Below, piece after piece: positions 36,904 to 49,839 of a DNA stretch of 64,000 bases; position 1 is the first letter of the stretch; every line of letters starts with the position of its first letter. The position numbers and the translations under genes are program-made. The notes beneath the pieces are model-generated. The model searched no databases and was not told where the DNA came from. It worked only from the letters and a program-made list of their open reading frames with translations. The stretch is taken from contig JABFOP010000807.1 in the NCBI GenBank assembly GCA_016618385.1, positions 216,216-280,215 of the forward strand, written 5' to 3'. The stretch is from Nymphon striatum (taxonomy: Eukaryota).

Positions 36904-37047
36904 GTTAAAATGCTTCAAGGACTTGGTCTAAGCTCCACACTCATCACAGATGGACAGACACCAATAAATCTATTTACGACAGCTCATGGACTCATTGGAT
37001 CTGCTATTGGAGAGGCTCCTCCTAGCAAGGTACCACGCAAAGTTTAA
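36904..37047 (+). CDS. MVP: MVP exon 13 ([42 protein letters not shown]..), probably the terminal exon ending at TAA 37045-37047
   Basis: Matches [32 protein letters not shown]. Whether a donor at 37030 (aag|gtacca) is used instead of reading through to the stop cannot be decided from the sequence. Confidence 0.7.
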   Translation, partial: VKMLQGLGLSSTLITDGQTPINLFTTAHGLIGSAIGEAPPSKVPRKV

Positions 37048-37854
37048 GACTAGAAATAATTATTAGACATTTTGTTCAATGGTACAGAGGCAAGGTATAA
37101 CGTTACACTTGATATTTCCTGGTAGCTTCCCTCCATATTATATGTGAAAAGAATATTTCTCTGATCTCACTGTTTGTTGTATAGACACCCATATATTGTT
37201 TCCAATCTTTATTATGCTATGACTTGTGTAGTATTTGTGCTCAGAAATGCATGTGAAATATTCTTCTTTGTTCAACTGGTGTCAACAAAGAGAAACAGGT
37301 TAAACCATTCTGCCACAAACTGTACGAGTTTTTAGAATAAACAAGACATGAAACTGTAATTTGCAGCACCCATGTGAATGAAAATTGTTACGAATGCCAT
37401 CAGAACAGAAATGGAAATGAAAAGCATTAACAGAGTGACTTTCATAAATTTTAGGTTGCCAAAGAGTAGATGCCAATTCCAGCATTCGTGTAATTTGCTC
37501 ATTCCCGCCATATGACCCGCCAACTCTCGTGATGTCAACTCTTGTCAAGAGGTTGATGAGCTTATCCAACACACGGAAGCGGTCCGACACATATGAAGCC
37601 ATGATTACAGCGTCCATTTTTTTTTTTGCCGCTCAGATGGCAGGTCAATTCAAAAATTTATGATAATAAAACCTAACATATATAATAATTATAATACAAT
37701 TTTTGCTTTGTTCATCTCTTGTGACATTACAGGCAGAAACAACGATTGGAGCAAATGTTTTTGGCTCGAAATTCTAAATAATGTAATGTTCGGATATTTG
37801 TTTGTATTTTTGAGGAGTTCATTCGGAATTCAATAAAAGCGAATACAGTAACCT

Positions 37855-38530
37855 ATAGATGACTTCCGAAACTGGCGCCCTCTGCAGGGAATGACGTCAC
37901 TAGGAGTAAGATTCAATCATAACAAAGCACGACACACAGTAATCCATAGCCGAAAACAAATCAACAACATTTAAATTTCAAAATTAACACAGAAATAATG
38001 TCAGCATTTCTACCAAAATTCACACAATCACAGTGAAGACTATCTAGAAGCGTTATAATCAAGGTAAAGTATGATATAGGCAGTTTTATCACAGTTTTAT
38101 GCCTATTTTAACAACTAAATTCGTATCTGTCCCGCAAGCAAGTTTCCCGAAAATTGACATTAACCACATAATCGAGACCTGTCTAGATTTAGTAATAAAC
38201 ACAAAAGGGTTCTAATAGAGAATAAAAATAAATCTATGAAAAACTATGAAAAAATTATGAAAATAAAATTATGAAAAAAATTAAAAAATTAAAAACTTTA
38301 TAAAATTATTGAACATTTTTTTAATGTATACATTTTTAACACGTATTAAACATGATAAACATAAATAAAAGTGTATTTTTTAAAAATTTCTTCAATTTCA
38401 TTGAAATATATAGCTAATTCTGGGACACCCTGTATAGCTAGCAGCTTAAACTGAGTTTTCTTACTCCTAATGATGCAATAGTGGTGTGTTTGTCTCGGTA
38501 GATGGCGCCAGTTTCGGAAGTCATCTATAC
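37855..38530. mobile_element. TIR element (about 675 bp) with terminal inverted repeat of about 26 bp TATAGATGACTTCCGAAACTGGCGCC and TA-type flanks, Tc1/mariner-like MITE
   Basis: tatagatgacttccgaaactggcgcc at 37855 and ggcgccagtttcggaagtcatctata at about 38505-38530. Secondary inverted motifs cactaggagtaag/cttactcctaatg. Confidence 0.55.
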
Positions 38531-39077
38531 GGTACATATTTCTTAAGACTAAGTTGTATTTCAGGTGTCATATACACTTTAAATATGCAATAACATGAAC
38601 TGTCTTCACTCAAAAATTTCATTGAATGAATTTGCAATTGTTTTAAATCTAACCAGAAAATTACTATGAACAAATATATATAAATAGATAAATTCTATAT
38701 GCATGCTGCTCAATTATAGATTTTAGTAATCAGCAAATGTTTTGAAATCAGCTTGAGTGAATGAATTGATCACTTTTTCAAATTTCTGCATATAATATAT
38801 ATATCTTGCTATAATTTTCAGAAAAGCAAAAAAAAATGTCTATTTACAACTAATTTTTGATTACATATAAATTTTGCCTCTGTGCCTTAACTTGTTGCCT
38901 TCCATGTTTTCATTGTCATTTTATGCATTAGGTAAAACGTGCTAGCATGTGAAAATTTCTTTTTTCAATAGTTTCAATTTCTGTGCAATTCCATCAGTAT
39001 AAAAACAAAAAGTTAAATATTGTTCATGAATTCTGAAACTTGCCTTAATTTGTTAAAGAATAGTTAAAAAGTGGGGG

Positions 39078-39470
39078 AATGTACACTTTTGTTTGCTCAT
39101 TTTAATTCCTCATCTCCTCAAAGTCGATTCTACACTTTAATACTCCCTAAAAATATAACCTAACAAAATTATATCATAATTATAATAAAACCTAACCTAA
39201 CTATATAATAATTATAATACAACTAGGTGAAGTTCAGTTAGGTTTATAATAATAATAATAAAACCTAACGCAACAAAATTATATCATAATTGTAATAAAA
39301 CCTAACTTAAGCTATATTTGATTCATCTTCCAATTTCGTGTAATTACGCGTAATAAAATTTCCGTGTTAAACTACCGAGCGGCAAACATTTTGAGGGAAT
39401 ACCAAAGTGAAGAATCGATTTTGAGGCGATGAGGAATTAAAATGAGCATACGAAAGTGTAGATTCGCCAA
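39078..39470. mobile_element. Foldback element family F2, copy (palindromic, about 390 bp)
   Basis: Arms gaatgtacacttttgtttgctcattttaattcctcatctcctcaaagtcgattc.. mirrored by ..gaatcgattttgaggcgatgaggaattaaaatgagcatacgaaagtgtagattc. Related copies lie at 46678-47070 and, partially, at 42830-43050. Confidence 0.7.
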
Positions 39471-41703
39471 AAAGTGTTATGTGAAATTTATAACCCTTTG
39501 TTCATGAAACTCTAAAATGTTCCCTCTTGGGAGATGTTATGACTCACATAAAATATTCAATTCATTTACTTCAATCTGTAGAAGTATTTTTAAATTATTT
39601 GTCATCCTGCAGCTTAGAACATGTTTTATTTCCTGTATTATGCTAATAATATTAATGAAAAAAAAAAAGAAGTTGTCCTTGTTTGCATGGTTTCCACTTC
39701 ATAGTTTCATTATGTGTCAAACCTAATTGTTTTCTAAAACAAACACTAAACTAAAGGAGTTCAAATTAATTAATCTTTCAATTTTGGCATATTTTTGGTT
39801 TCTGGTGTATTTGGAACGTCTGAAACGGGAAAAAATGACCGCCATGGGCTAAGATGGTCCAAAGTTAATGTTTTAAATTGTCAATATTGTTTTTCGTAGG
39901 TGCTTGTTTTAGATTTTATACAGTTATACCATATTAATAACATATTAACCATAGTGAACGAATAAACATGACTTGCGTTCAGTATATTATTATGAAAGGG
40001 CTGTACATATATTTCTGCCTTCTTACATCCTTTATTGGATGAAAGTGGCTGAAAGATGAATCTGTGGGGCCTGATTGACTAACACACAGATTAATGCTTA
40101 GAAACATGTCATTCATTTGAGGAATTGATAGGAATTAACAAAAAAATTACAAAGACAAAGTGATGTACACTTGACTGCTGGTTATAGATTCCTTTCTGCT
40201 GTTAAAAGAAATGGTTCAGGTTTTATACACAATAGTCGGATTGAAGGGGACCACTGGATTTGTGAGAGCGAATGTTTTAATGCAGCAGGTAAAATGTTGA
40301 AGGTTGCTACAAATCTATCTTTTAATCTCTTTTTCAACTGTCACTAAATTTTTTATTTTACCTCTCAAGAATTATCACTTTTAATTTTAAGCATTTTAAG
40401 CATATTGCATTTTATAAAAAAATTTTATTTAAAAATCCAACTTTTTTTTTTACAGTAACCTGATGGAAGCTGGTCTTGCACACACAACACTTGTTAGAAA
40501 ATCAAATATTTTTCTTTCACCATTAGTAATTTTGTTTTAAAATTTGAAATTGTAATTTTAAAAAATGAAAATGTGATGTTGTATATGAAGAGTTGAGATG
40601 TTAAAACCATAAAACGCCATCCCCATAAAAATTGAGATTACGGTACCAATTGTTAGCTCTGAGTTCCACCTATATGCCAATCAAATAAAATTTGTAGAAA
40701 AGCTGATGAAGTACGTCTATAAATGGCCTGATATCAGTTTTGTGGCAAAAACCACGATTCGTCATTGCAAAAGCCTCAAAATAAACATTCTGCCAATCAA
40801 AATGTTGCACAGAAGTCATGTGATTCCTAGATAACAGCCTCAATGATCAGCTGTCCATGGACCTGAAACATGTTATTTTCCCTGATTTCCTGGATTATTT
40901 CTTCTGATTACAATACAGAACTTTGATGATACTGATATTATATTAAGATATATTAAGAAGGAAAAAACCGCTACGTAATAACCACACAATTCTGCTCATG
41001 CTGTGGCTAAAAGAACCAACCATAGTGGTGATGGAAAGGTACAACACATATTATGTACACACAAGCCTGGCACTTGTACAGCAATAACACTGACGAAACA
41101 TGTTTGGCCTGTATTTAAAGACTGCTGTATGCCACTTCAGATAAGTTTTGGTCATGCCAATAAAAGCCACTTAGTGATAGATGCTCAGTAAAAAATAATT
41201 CCGTTCAAAATGAAAGATGTAGCTCTAGTAGACTTTGTGGGTTTTACATTCTAACTCTTCATATTTTTTACATAATATAATTTTTATTTATTTACATTGA
41301 ATCTGTCTTTGTTTATTTCGTTAGTATTTCATATCATCAGAGAAGAGTACAATTTATTTGATTTGGGGAAGGGTAGGATGGAAAATATTACATTGCAGAT
41401 GATAAATTCTTTATAATTCAAAATAATCCTTGATCTGTAAAGTATTCTATGCCAAACTAGAGTTTCAAAGTTTCATTGGATGATAAGTATTTAATATAGC
41501 TGAACTCGCTGTATCATTTGTAATCTATTATTTATTGTCTTATCACCAGTTGAAATGTTTAATGTGCTGTAAGAAGTCGAGATCGGCACTCATTATTTCC
41601 TATCGAGCATCTATGAAACACTTTATAGAAAGCAGTGTTCATTCTAGAATTTCTAAACAGTTGGCCCTTCAGTCTGAAAAATGCGGAACAAATTTTTACA
41701 ACA

Positions 41704-42172
41704 GTCAGGGTTCGCACGTGTCCTGGAAAGTCCTGAAATTTCATTTTAGTTTTTAAAAGTCCTTAAATGTCCTTAAAATTTCTCTGCTACTCCTGAAAAG
41801 TCCTAAAAATAGAGAATATATGGTGGTAGTTTTTAACTTAAAATCTGCAAATGATTTTTTAAACAAGGCTGAACAGAAAAGGGACTAAGGTCTTAAGTGT
41901 ATTGCTAAAGCCAATAACCTCGGACACTCAGCAAAGGATAAGGAATTGTTAACAGATTTACAGGGCATATTTATTTAATAGTCGAAATAAGAAGATGGAG
42001 GACGGCTCAGAATGAGTCTTAAAGGTATCATTGGGTCGTTAAACCCAACAAAACAAAATTTATCTGAGATTAAAGGAAAGATTAGTCCTTAAATGTCCTG
42101 AAAAAATGTCAAATTAGTCCTGAAAAGTCCTGGAAAATGATACTCAAGTAAGTGTGGGAACCCTGACAGTGG
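41704..42172. mobile_element. MITE family A, copy 2
   Basis: About 90% identical to 2866-3305 with the same CAGGGTTCGCAC..GGGAACCCTG termini, flanked by acagt|...|acagt (5-bp target-site duplication). Confidence 0.75.
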
Positions 42173-42829
42173 AGCAGGTAGCAGTAGATCATTGCCAATA
42201 TGGATAATCTGTATCAAGCCTATAATTTTACTATTCTGTTGGTGGTCATGGATTATTTCAAGAGGTTTAAAATATAGTAGATTTGTAGCTTGAGGCTCTT
42301 TGAGCATGATGAGCTACTTCATCTGAAGATTGATTTGAAATGTGCACAATTTTATATAATGAACTATACATGTTGAGAAGTTAGAAGTGAGAAGCTAAGC
42401 AACGAGTGCTCTCAGTTTATTAATATAAGAACATATACATGTACAGGTATGATATTTGGGAGGGCTGCATCAGCAGTGACGTCACAATACTATACCCAAC
42501 AATAACAACAATACAAGTCACTACAGATTTATGACTAGCTTCTATTACCTTGTTAAAATGTTTATAAATAATAGTGCAACTTGCTTAGAACTGTCGCTTT
42601 ATAGTAATGCTGTAACTATCTCAAAATGTTCCTTCTATTCATTTTTTTTTTTTTTTAATATATTGCACTTCACTCGCATGGGTTTATGGCAACGTGGAGG
42701 CTGTATCAATCCACCTGAATGCAGTGCTTCTCTATTAAAACTACAAGCCATGGTGGGCCAGTCCTCTTTTTCACACCGCAGTCTAGAATTGGCAATGTTA
42801 ATGTGTAGTGTAGTTGCACTGTAGCTTTA

Positions 42830-43050
42830 GCGTCGATTCTACGCTTTAGTACTCTTTCAACATTTTTGTCGCTTGGATAGCAGTTTAACATAGATTCATA
42901 CTGATTTTATTACGCTTAATGACACGAAATTGGAAGATGAATCAAAATATAGGTTAAGTGTTATTATAATAAATTTTCGAATTGATCTGCCATCAGAGCG
43001 GCAAAAATTTCAAGGGAGGACTAAAGTGTAGAATCGCCGATTTAGCTTTG
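42830..43050. mobile_element. Foldback family F2, partial copy
   Basis: Shares gtcgattctacRctttaRtactc.. and ..ctaaagtgtagaatcgcc termini with the copies at 39078 and 46678. Confidence 0.5.
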
Positions 43051-43781
43051 CTTGAAACATCCTGTTTTGTTTTTCAGATATTTCCACGCTTTAATTGCTT
43101 TAATAAAGTCAAATGTTTCAAAAGTCTGCTCTTCAATTTTAATTCCCATCAGAACAAAGCTTCGGAAATTAATTTGTTAATTAAAATAAATTTTAAAATA
43201 GATTCAATTTGATACGTGCAGTGAAGCTAACTTTTTTGAGACTAGACAGAAGCTTTAATAAGAAGATGACCGCCCCAGCAAGGGATGGCATGAATAATAA
43301 ATATCTTTAATAAATCTCTATCACACAACTTTGGTTTTATTCAGTGAATATGGGGATTCTGTAAATATAATATGGAGACACGTGCCATAATTATCAACTG
43401 TTTTTTTTTTTTTTTTTTTTTTTTTTCCTATCCAGGCTAAATTCTCTTTTTCATTTGAGTGGGCCCTCTCTCCTCCAAGTTCATTGAGTTAGTATCTGGA
43501 ATTATCTTAATCAAAACATTCGAACTTAAGCTCCTTCTGCTTTGCCCAGGGGCCTATAATGCCCCCCCTCCTCCTTTCCAATTTTGTTAATGTGTGAGTG
43601 GTTGTGTAGCTTCACTGCATGCGAGAAGACGGTCGCTGCCAAGAAATTATCATCTGAGAAAACTTCAGTTTCCAGTTTTTCGAAACTTTAAGTGATGTCA
43701 AAAGATAGAGCTTGGAAAAATGCTCTACAGAAACATTCGAGAAAGTCATAGATCGTAATGCGCTTTTCAGGGTGACTAAGG

Positions 43782-44033
43782 TTATTCATCCACTGCTTTC
43801 TTGCAGTGGCACTTGAGTGACCCATATACTGTCACGTCTAGTGGCTGCAGTTTGTAGAATTTATTGGGAGGGAAATTAATAATGGACAGTCTAATTGGCC
43901 TTGCAATTTCAATTATGTCAATAATAAGGTGGCTGTCATCATTGTCAATGAAAAGAATAACAGGGTTTATCATAGAACAATCTATCTGTTTTATAAAGTG
44001 CTCGAGGACACGGGGAAATAGTTTGCTATTCAT
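43782..44033 (-). mobile_element. pogo/Tigger-like (DDE_1) transposase fragment
   Basis: Track ORF 43782-44033 (minus): ..ILFIDNDDSHL......INFPPNKFYKLQPLDVTVYGSLK.. matches the pogo DDE region (LLLDN..SH...FLPPNTTS.LQPLDQGVI..FK). Confidence 0.5.
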
Positions 44034-44089
44034 TCAACCACCCAAGGATGGTGGAGCACCTTTAATCATATAGTAGCTTTAATCAGCGT

Positions 44090-44170
44090 AGCGCTCCGTA
44101 GTCTAACAGTAACGTGTCTGCCTTCTGACTTACAAGCTCGGGTTCGATTCCAGTCGGAGATACTTATTTT
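44090..44170 (+). other. tRNA-like sequence (possible SINE head or tRNA pseudogene)
   Basis: gcgctccgtagtctaacagtaacg...ctcgggttcgattccagtcggag contains a B-box (GGTTCGATTCC) but the T-stem does not pair canonically. Confidence 0.25.
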
Positions 44171-44284
44171 ATTATTTTTATTTTTTCTATCCCTTAATTA
44201 ACAGTTCCTTTTATCTTTTTTCCTCTGAACATTACAAGCCAAGGTTTAAAAAATGTGTATTTTGTAAGTTCTTTTTATGTCCGA

Positions 44285-44760
44285 CCGTCCACCATCATAT
44301 CTTGGGAACCGTTAAAGATAAACGGACAAAACAAAAACTGATTTACTTAGTACTATCAAGTGCATTAAAATAAGAAAAGAAAGAAGGTCAAATTACGATT
44401 ATTTGGTATTTTTCACTGACGTATATCATAGAATCCATTTAAGATAGCAACACAAGACCAAACCCGATTTCCTTGGAATATCAAGGGCTTCAAAATAAAG
44501 CAATGACCATGACCTTCAAAAAGCAGGTCAAATGTCAAATTTCAATTATTTTTTTTTTAGTATTTTTCACTGATTTATAATAGAATCGGTTAAAAGTAGC
44601 AACAATAACTGTAACATACTTCCTCATGAACATTGAAATTATGTTCGTTTTTCAGTCCATCGACCATGCTATCTTATGAACCGTTAAAGATAAAAGGACG
44701 AAACAAAAACTGATTTACTTGGTACATCAAGAGCATGAAAATTACACCATTATCTTGACC
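44285..44760. repeat. Tandem repeat, unit of about 378 bp, about 1.3 copies
   Basis: ccatcatatcttgggaaccgttaaagataaacggacaaaacaaaaactgatttacttagtac.. recurs at 44663 as ccatgctatcttatgaaccgttaaagataaaaggacgaaacaaaaactgatttacttggtac... The sub-block ggtatttttcactga.. is also repeated at 44405 and 44560. Confidence 0.6.
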
Positions 44761-44814
44761 TTGACCACTGGATTTGGAGTGAATTGTTTTGTATATTTTG
44801 TTGGGCTTGGCGAC

Positions 44815-45130
44815 CCATCGATATCTTTAAGGCTCATTCGGAGTCATCTTCTATTTTCTTATTTAGACTTTTAGAAGGGTTGAAGGAAGAACAGAATATA
44901 GATAGAAGCTACACAACCACTCACATGATAACATTAAGGGCTACAAGTTTCAAAAGTTTAATGAAATTGGAGAAGGAAACTACGTCACGATAGCTAAAAG
45001 ACTTCCCTCCGCTGAAATACTTGATCTATATAGAAACTCTATAGGAAAACCAAATAGCAGTTTATAAAAAGCTGAGAGTAACACATCTATGAGAAACATG
45101 TGACGTCATTTTGTCAGAAGAAAAGATATA
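44815..45130 (+). mobile_element. SINE-like interspersed repeat, copy 1 (family shared with 56690-57140 and related to the body of the SINE at 31903)
   Basis: Shared block ttaaaggYtcattYggagtYatcYtcYatYttcYtatttagactttWagaaGRGTTGRAGG.. Confidence 0.45.
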
Positions 45131-46677
45131 AAGTTGCGAGAAACGTTATTTAACTCTTTTTTTGTATCAATTTTGGCAATTTTATTTGCTTTCTCTATTT
45201 GTCCGAGCAACGCCGGGCAACCCTGCTAGTAATACATATAGCAGAAATTTACTTGGGTGGTCAAAGATATAAAAATAGCTGTAAAATCTTAAGCCAATGG
45301 ATTACTTCTAATTATTCCACTTCTTGCCACCAGAGGATTATACATTGGAGGCATCAAGAAACGGGAACGTGTAGAAAGGGAAAAAGTGGGGTGGTTCTTG
45401 GTTATGATTTGAGAAACGGAACTTGCTCTCATGTCTATAATTTCTTAGAGGAATCTCCAATCAATTGGATTGATATCAGTCACAGACAGGTCAGGGATCA
45501 TCCGAGAGGGCGATTCGGGCGATAACTTCGCCTTGAGTTGATTGACTTCGATATTTAATTACATCAGGGCGAAATCGACTTCGCTTTTTTAAAAAAAATA
45601 AATAAAAAAAAAAGAAAATTTTTTTAGAAAATACAACATTTTCATTTCATTTGAACCACAATTAATACACTGAGCGCAAAGAGTAGATATTAAAGTACTG
45701 GTATATCTCCAAGTTGTTTTTACATACTGTAATGAGTGCACATTAGACAAGATAATGTTGAAGAAATTTGCATTGCGAACACCCACTTCTCCGTTAAGTT
45801 GCTTCACTTCTCCCTAAAATTTGACCCTAGGATGAGCCCTGCAGGTGCTATTTTTTTTTTAATAAAAAACTAAATCAGTATCCCATGTCAAATTCTACAC
45901 CTTTCTGGAAAACCCCCTAAGAATTAAAAAAATAAATAAATAAACATTCTTATTAATAAAACAATATTTATTTAAGTTAATTAATTAATGACTTCAGAGT
46001 ATGTATGATATTTACAATAAGAAACTTATATCAAAATCATACTTCAGTTGAAACAAATCGGTAAAATGCCCAAGTTATAGATCTCATTAATTACATCATT
46101 ACAGCTGGAATTCACAACTTGAGCCACAGTTGGCTTGATTGATATATGATATACTTATGCTGAATTGCTGAACCACAAGTGCAGTAAGAAAAGAAAATTA
46201 ACATTGGCACATAAATTTGATTTTTTGAGCACCACTGAGAATTCTGTTTTCATCACTTTATGACAAGTTAATTTTTTATTCTCCAGAAAGTTCTATTTAA
46301 AACCCTGTTTGTCTAAATTAAAGTGAAGACCACAAAAAATGCCGCTTTTCTTTTACTGTTGAAAAGGAATTTTGAATTACGAATTTGAAATAAAATCACA
46401 ATCATCAATTTTGCTCATGTTAGTTCTATTCTAGTTAATGCGATAATTGTTTGTAACCATTAAAATGACAACTTCACTTTAAATATAAACGACTAAAATA
46501 AATTATTATTTGGTTATTTACATTACACATATCATGATATTTAAGGCTAAAAAATCTATTCGGTGATTTGGAGCAACTGCTATTTGTTAAACCTTAACAT
46601 GATTGGCAGTCAAAATTTAACAGTAAAAAGTTTCTTGGTAATCTCTAATCTGAAATTATTCTATCCAAAATAATCAG

Positions 46678-47070
46678 GCGAATCTACACTTTCGTATGGT
46701 CATTTTAATTCCTCTTCTCCTCAAAGTCGATTCTTCACTTTCGTACTCCTTCAAAATTTTTGCCGCTCGGTAGTTTAACACGGACATTTATTACGCGTAA
46801 TTTCACGAAATTGGAGGATGAATCAAAATATAGGTTAAGTTAGGTTTATTATAATTATGATATAATTTTGTCTGGTTAGGTTTTCTTATTATTATTATAA
46901 AACCTAACTGAACCTAACCTAATTGTATTATAATTCTTATATAGTTAGGTTAGGTTAAATTATAATTATGATATAAATTTGTTAGGTCATATTTTTAGGA
47001 AGTATTAAAGTGTAGAATCGACTTTGAGGCGATGAGGAATTAAAATGAGCATACGAAAGTGTAGATTCCC
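46678..47070. mobile_element. Foldback element family F2, copy
   Basis: ggcgaatctacactttcgtatggtcattttaattcctcttctcctcaaagtcgattc.. mirrored by ..gaatcgactttgaggcgatgaggaattaaaatgagcatacgaaagtgtagattcccc. Confidence 0.7.
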
Positions 47071-47237
47071 CGATAATCATACAGAGATAATCACATCCAT
47101 TCGATAGAAATCTTCAGTTATTTAACTGAAACCAGGGATTAAAACTTTGCCTTTTAATTTTTTTTTTTTTATCGATATTAATTGAATTTTCACAGGGATC
47201 TCCTACTAACAGGAATTTTGTGGAGAAAAAGCATTCT

Positions 47238-47903
47238 TTATAGAGTGCCAAAGTGTGACGTCACGTTGCAGGCCTGGACCACAACAAATTTTCAGCCCTT
47301 CTATTTTCTCATAAGAAATTCTTACTTGATTTTTCTTTCGTTATTTCCACCAAAATTTCGCACAGTTTTGTTATGTTGAATACGAAAATGTGTCATTTTA
47401 TTGCTTTTTCATTCGTTGTTAGCCTCGCAAACTTCAAATAGCTAATTAAGTAGGCCGAGAGACCGGCTATATTAGTACATACACAAATGGGTCAGTGTTT
47501 CGCACCTGACTGACATAAAATCACATAAGACATTTTACAGAAATAAGAACATAACATTTTTCTATAGAATACTAATTAACCACAATGAAAAAACATTGTA
47601 ATTAATCATAAATGAGAACAAAAATATCTGCAGTCAGGAGCAAAACACTGACCCATACTTGCCGAGAGACCTACTTAATTAGCTATTTGAAGTTTGCGAG
47701 GCAAACAATGAATGAAAAAGAAATAAAATGACATATTTTCGTATTCAACATAATAAAACATAAACGTTAACCAACAAAACTGCGAAATTTCGGTGGCAAT
47801 AACGAAAGAAAGATCAAGTAAGTATCTCTTATGAGAAAACAGCAAGGCTGAAATTGTGTTCCAGGCCTGTCAACGTGACGTCCGCACTTTGCCGCTCTAT
47901 TAC
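47238..47903. mobile_element. Foldback element family F1, copy 2
   Basis: Same TAGAGTGCCAAAGTGTGACGTCACGTT termini and arm sequence as 32938-33677. The central loop differs. Confidence 0.75.
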
Positions 47904-48942
47904 AATCATTTCTCTTTCAACAAAGCCTTTATTATCACAACTGAAATTATTCATTCATACTCTGAATAACATGAACAATCTAGTTAATGACTAACGCAAG
48001 AACACGTTAAAATTCATAAGAGTAAACTTGTGCCATCAAATCCATACTACTACACTGAAGAGAAACATCAGAATTCAGTATTTTACTGCTGTAGGTGTCC
48101 ATATATAAATATTCTGGCTTTGGAATTCAATGAAGATGTTATTCAAAGTAATAATTGGCTTCCTTTGATTTTTAAAAAAAGACACATCATATTTCTAATA
48201 TTAAAGGATGTGTGGTTCTTAAAATCACTGGTGTAAAATTATTAATATGTGTAATGAATTGTTTCTGAATGAAAAAATTAGAAAAAATAGCATTGATATG
48301 GGAGTATTAAAAGGTACAAGGAACTTATTTAACCAAGAAAGAATATAGCCAAAAACAATGTCATTAATGGAAATTATAATTTATCAATCTCATCGCTAAA
48401 CTTTAATTAATGTAAATTTAGGCATACTGAAATTCACGATTCAACAATTGAATCTTCAATTTCAGTTTGTTATTAAAATTTGAAATAAAACTGTATTCAA
48501 ATGCTGCGTTGAGATTGATATTTGAATTTGTACATATCATATTAGTCAAGATGTTATTTAAGATATAAAAATAACAAAATTTTCAAAATAGAAATGATAT
48601 AAATGCAAGGAATTGGTCAATTTTTAAAGAGTATATGCATTTATAGAGAAACTATAAACCAACATAAAATTCTTGGGTAGAAGAAAGATTCTTATATCAA
48701 ATAAACTGAAAAATTTGAAGTGAATATGACTATATGACTATATACACCATTCTGATTTATTATCATCATTTTTTTTTCTTGTTCATTTTCTTTTCTGTTT
48801 TTTTTTTCTTTTCACTTTCTAATATAAAGCTAATAACACAGATTAAAACAGTTTGTACAATTATTTTTTGGAAAAAAAAAATTATCACAGCACTTGATTT
48901 TTTAAATTTAAAACTATGTACAAACATTATTCTTTGAGTTCA

Positions 48943-49074
48943 TCAGGACTTTTTCGGTGGCAGGAAAGAATTTGAAGAACTGGGATCAAAATTTTTCTTG
49001 GAATTGTTCATGGTGACACTACAAACATCACGAACAATCATTTCAGCAACCTGCCATGCTACATCCTCATCCTT
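48943..49074 (-). CDS. AKAP10: AKAP10 (D-AKAP2) terminal exon: KDEDVAWQVAEMIVRDVCSV..., the PKA-anchoring amphipathic helix, then stop
   Basis: Minus-strand acceptor ttttag, phase 0 after the exon at 54774-54826. Matches the vertebrate D-AKAP2 A-kinase-binding domain EELAWKIAKMIVSDIMQQ. Stop TGA at 48943-48945 on the minus strand. Confidence 0.75.
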   Translation of the reverse strand, partial: KDEDVAWQVAEMIVRDVCSVTMNNSKKNFDPSSSNSFLPPKKS

Positions 49075-49839
49075 CTAAAAAATAAAATGAAAAAGTTCAT
49101 GAATTAAATTTTTAAGGTTGAAGCAAAATTACATCACTGATATTTTCATTAAAGGGACCCTAAGGTACTTTTATGAATGTGATGTGAAGAAATGGGGAAG
49201 ATTTACAAAAGTTAGCAGTTTAGTGACAACGGCGAAGGACAGAGTAAAGTGGAAATCTGTTGTGCATGCGACCCTTCAAATGGAGGATGCAACTTAGATA
49301 GATATAGAAGGTACTTTTAGACTTAAAGTTATGTTATGTGAAAAAATCGCTGATTTTAAAATTATTTTTTCACACCGAAAACAAGATTTTTATATCAATT
49401 ATCACGTTGGTCAGATGACGTCACTTGTCTCAGTCGAGAAAGTTTCTGGTAGCCTACAGTGTAGGACATCGTTCGATCTATCAAAACAACAAATTAAACA
49501 ACAGAAGAATGGCTTTGCCCTTTCAATTTAAGCCTGAATTTACTGAAAATGAAAACACAGATAGATTAAATGATTCAGAAGAAGATGAATCTGAAGATAA
49601 AGAAAATAACAGAGGTAGATTAACGGAAGAAGTTTCATCGTGGTGCACATGTGGATGCTGTGAAAATATGGACACAGAAGAAATGTGCGTAGGTTATAAA
49701 AAGTTTGGATCCCTTTCGCATTTAACGAGAGGTAAGGGAGTTATCATTATTTATTTGTATTTAGTAAATAACTTTAATATAATAATTTGGCGATTCTACA
49801 CTTTTGTGTTCCCTAAACTTTTTGTTAAGCCACTCGAAC

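Noticed and set aside
44090-44170. Possible functional tRNA gene
   Set aside because: It has a B-box, but the acceptor stem and T-stem do not pair and there is no clear anticodon arm. More likely a SINE head or a tRNA pseudogene.
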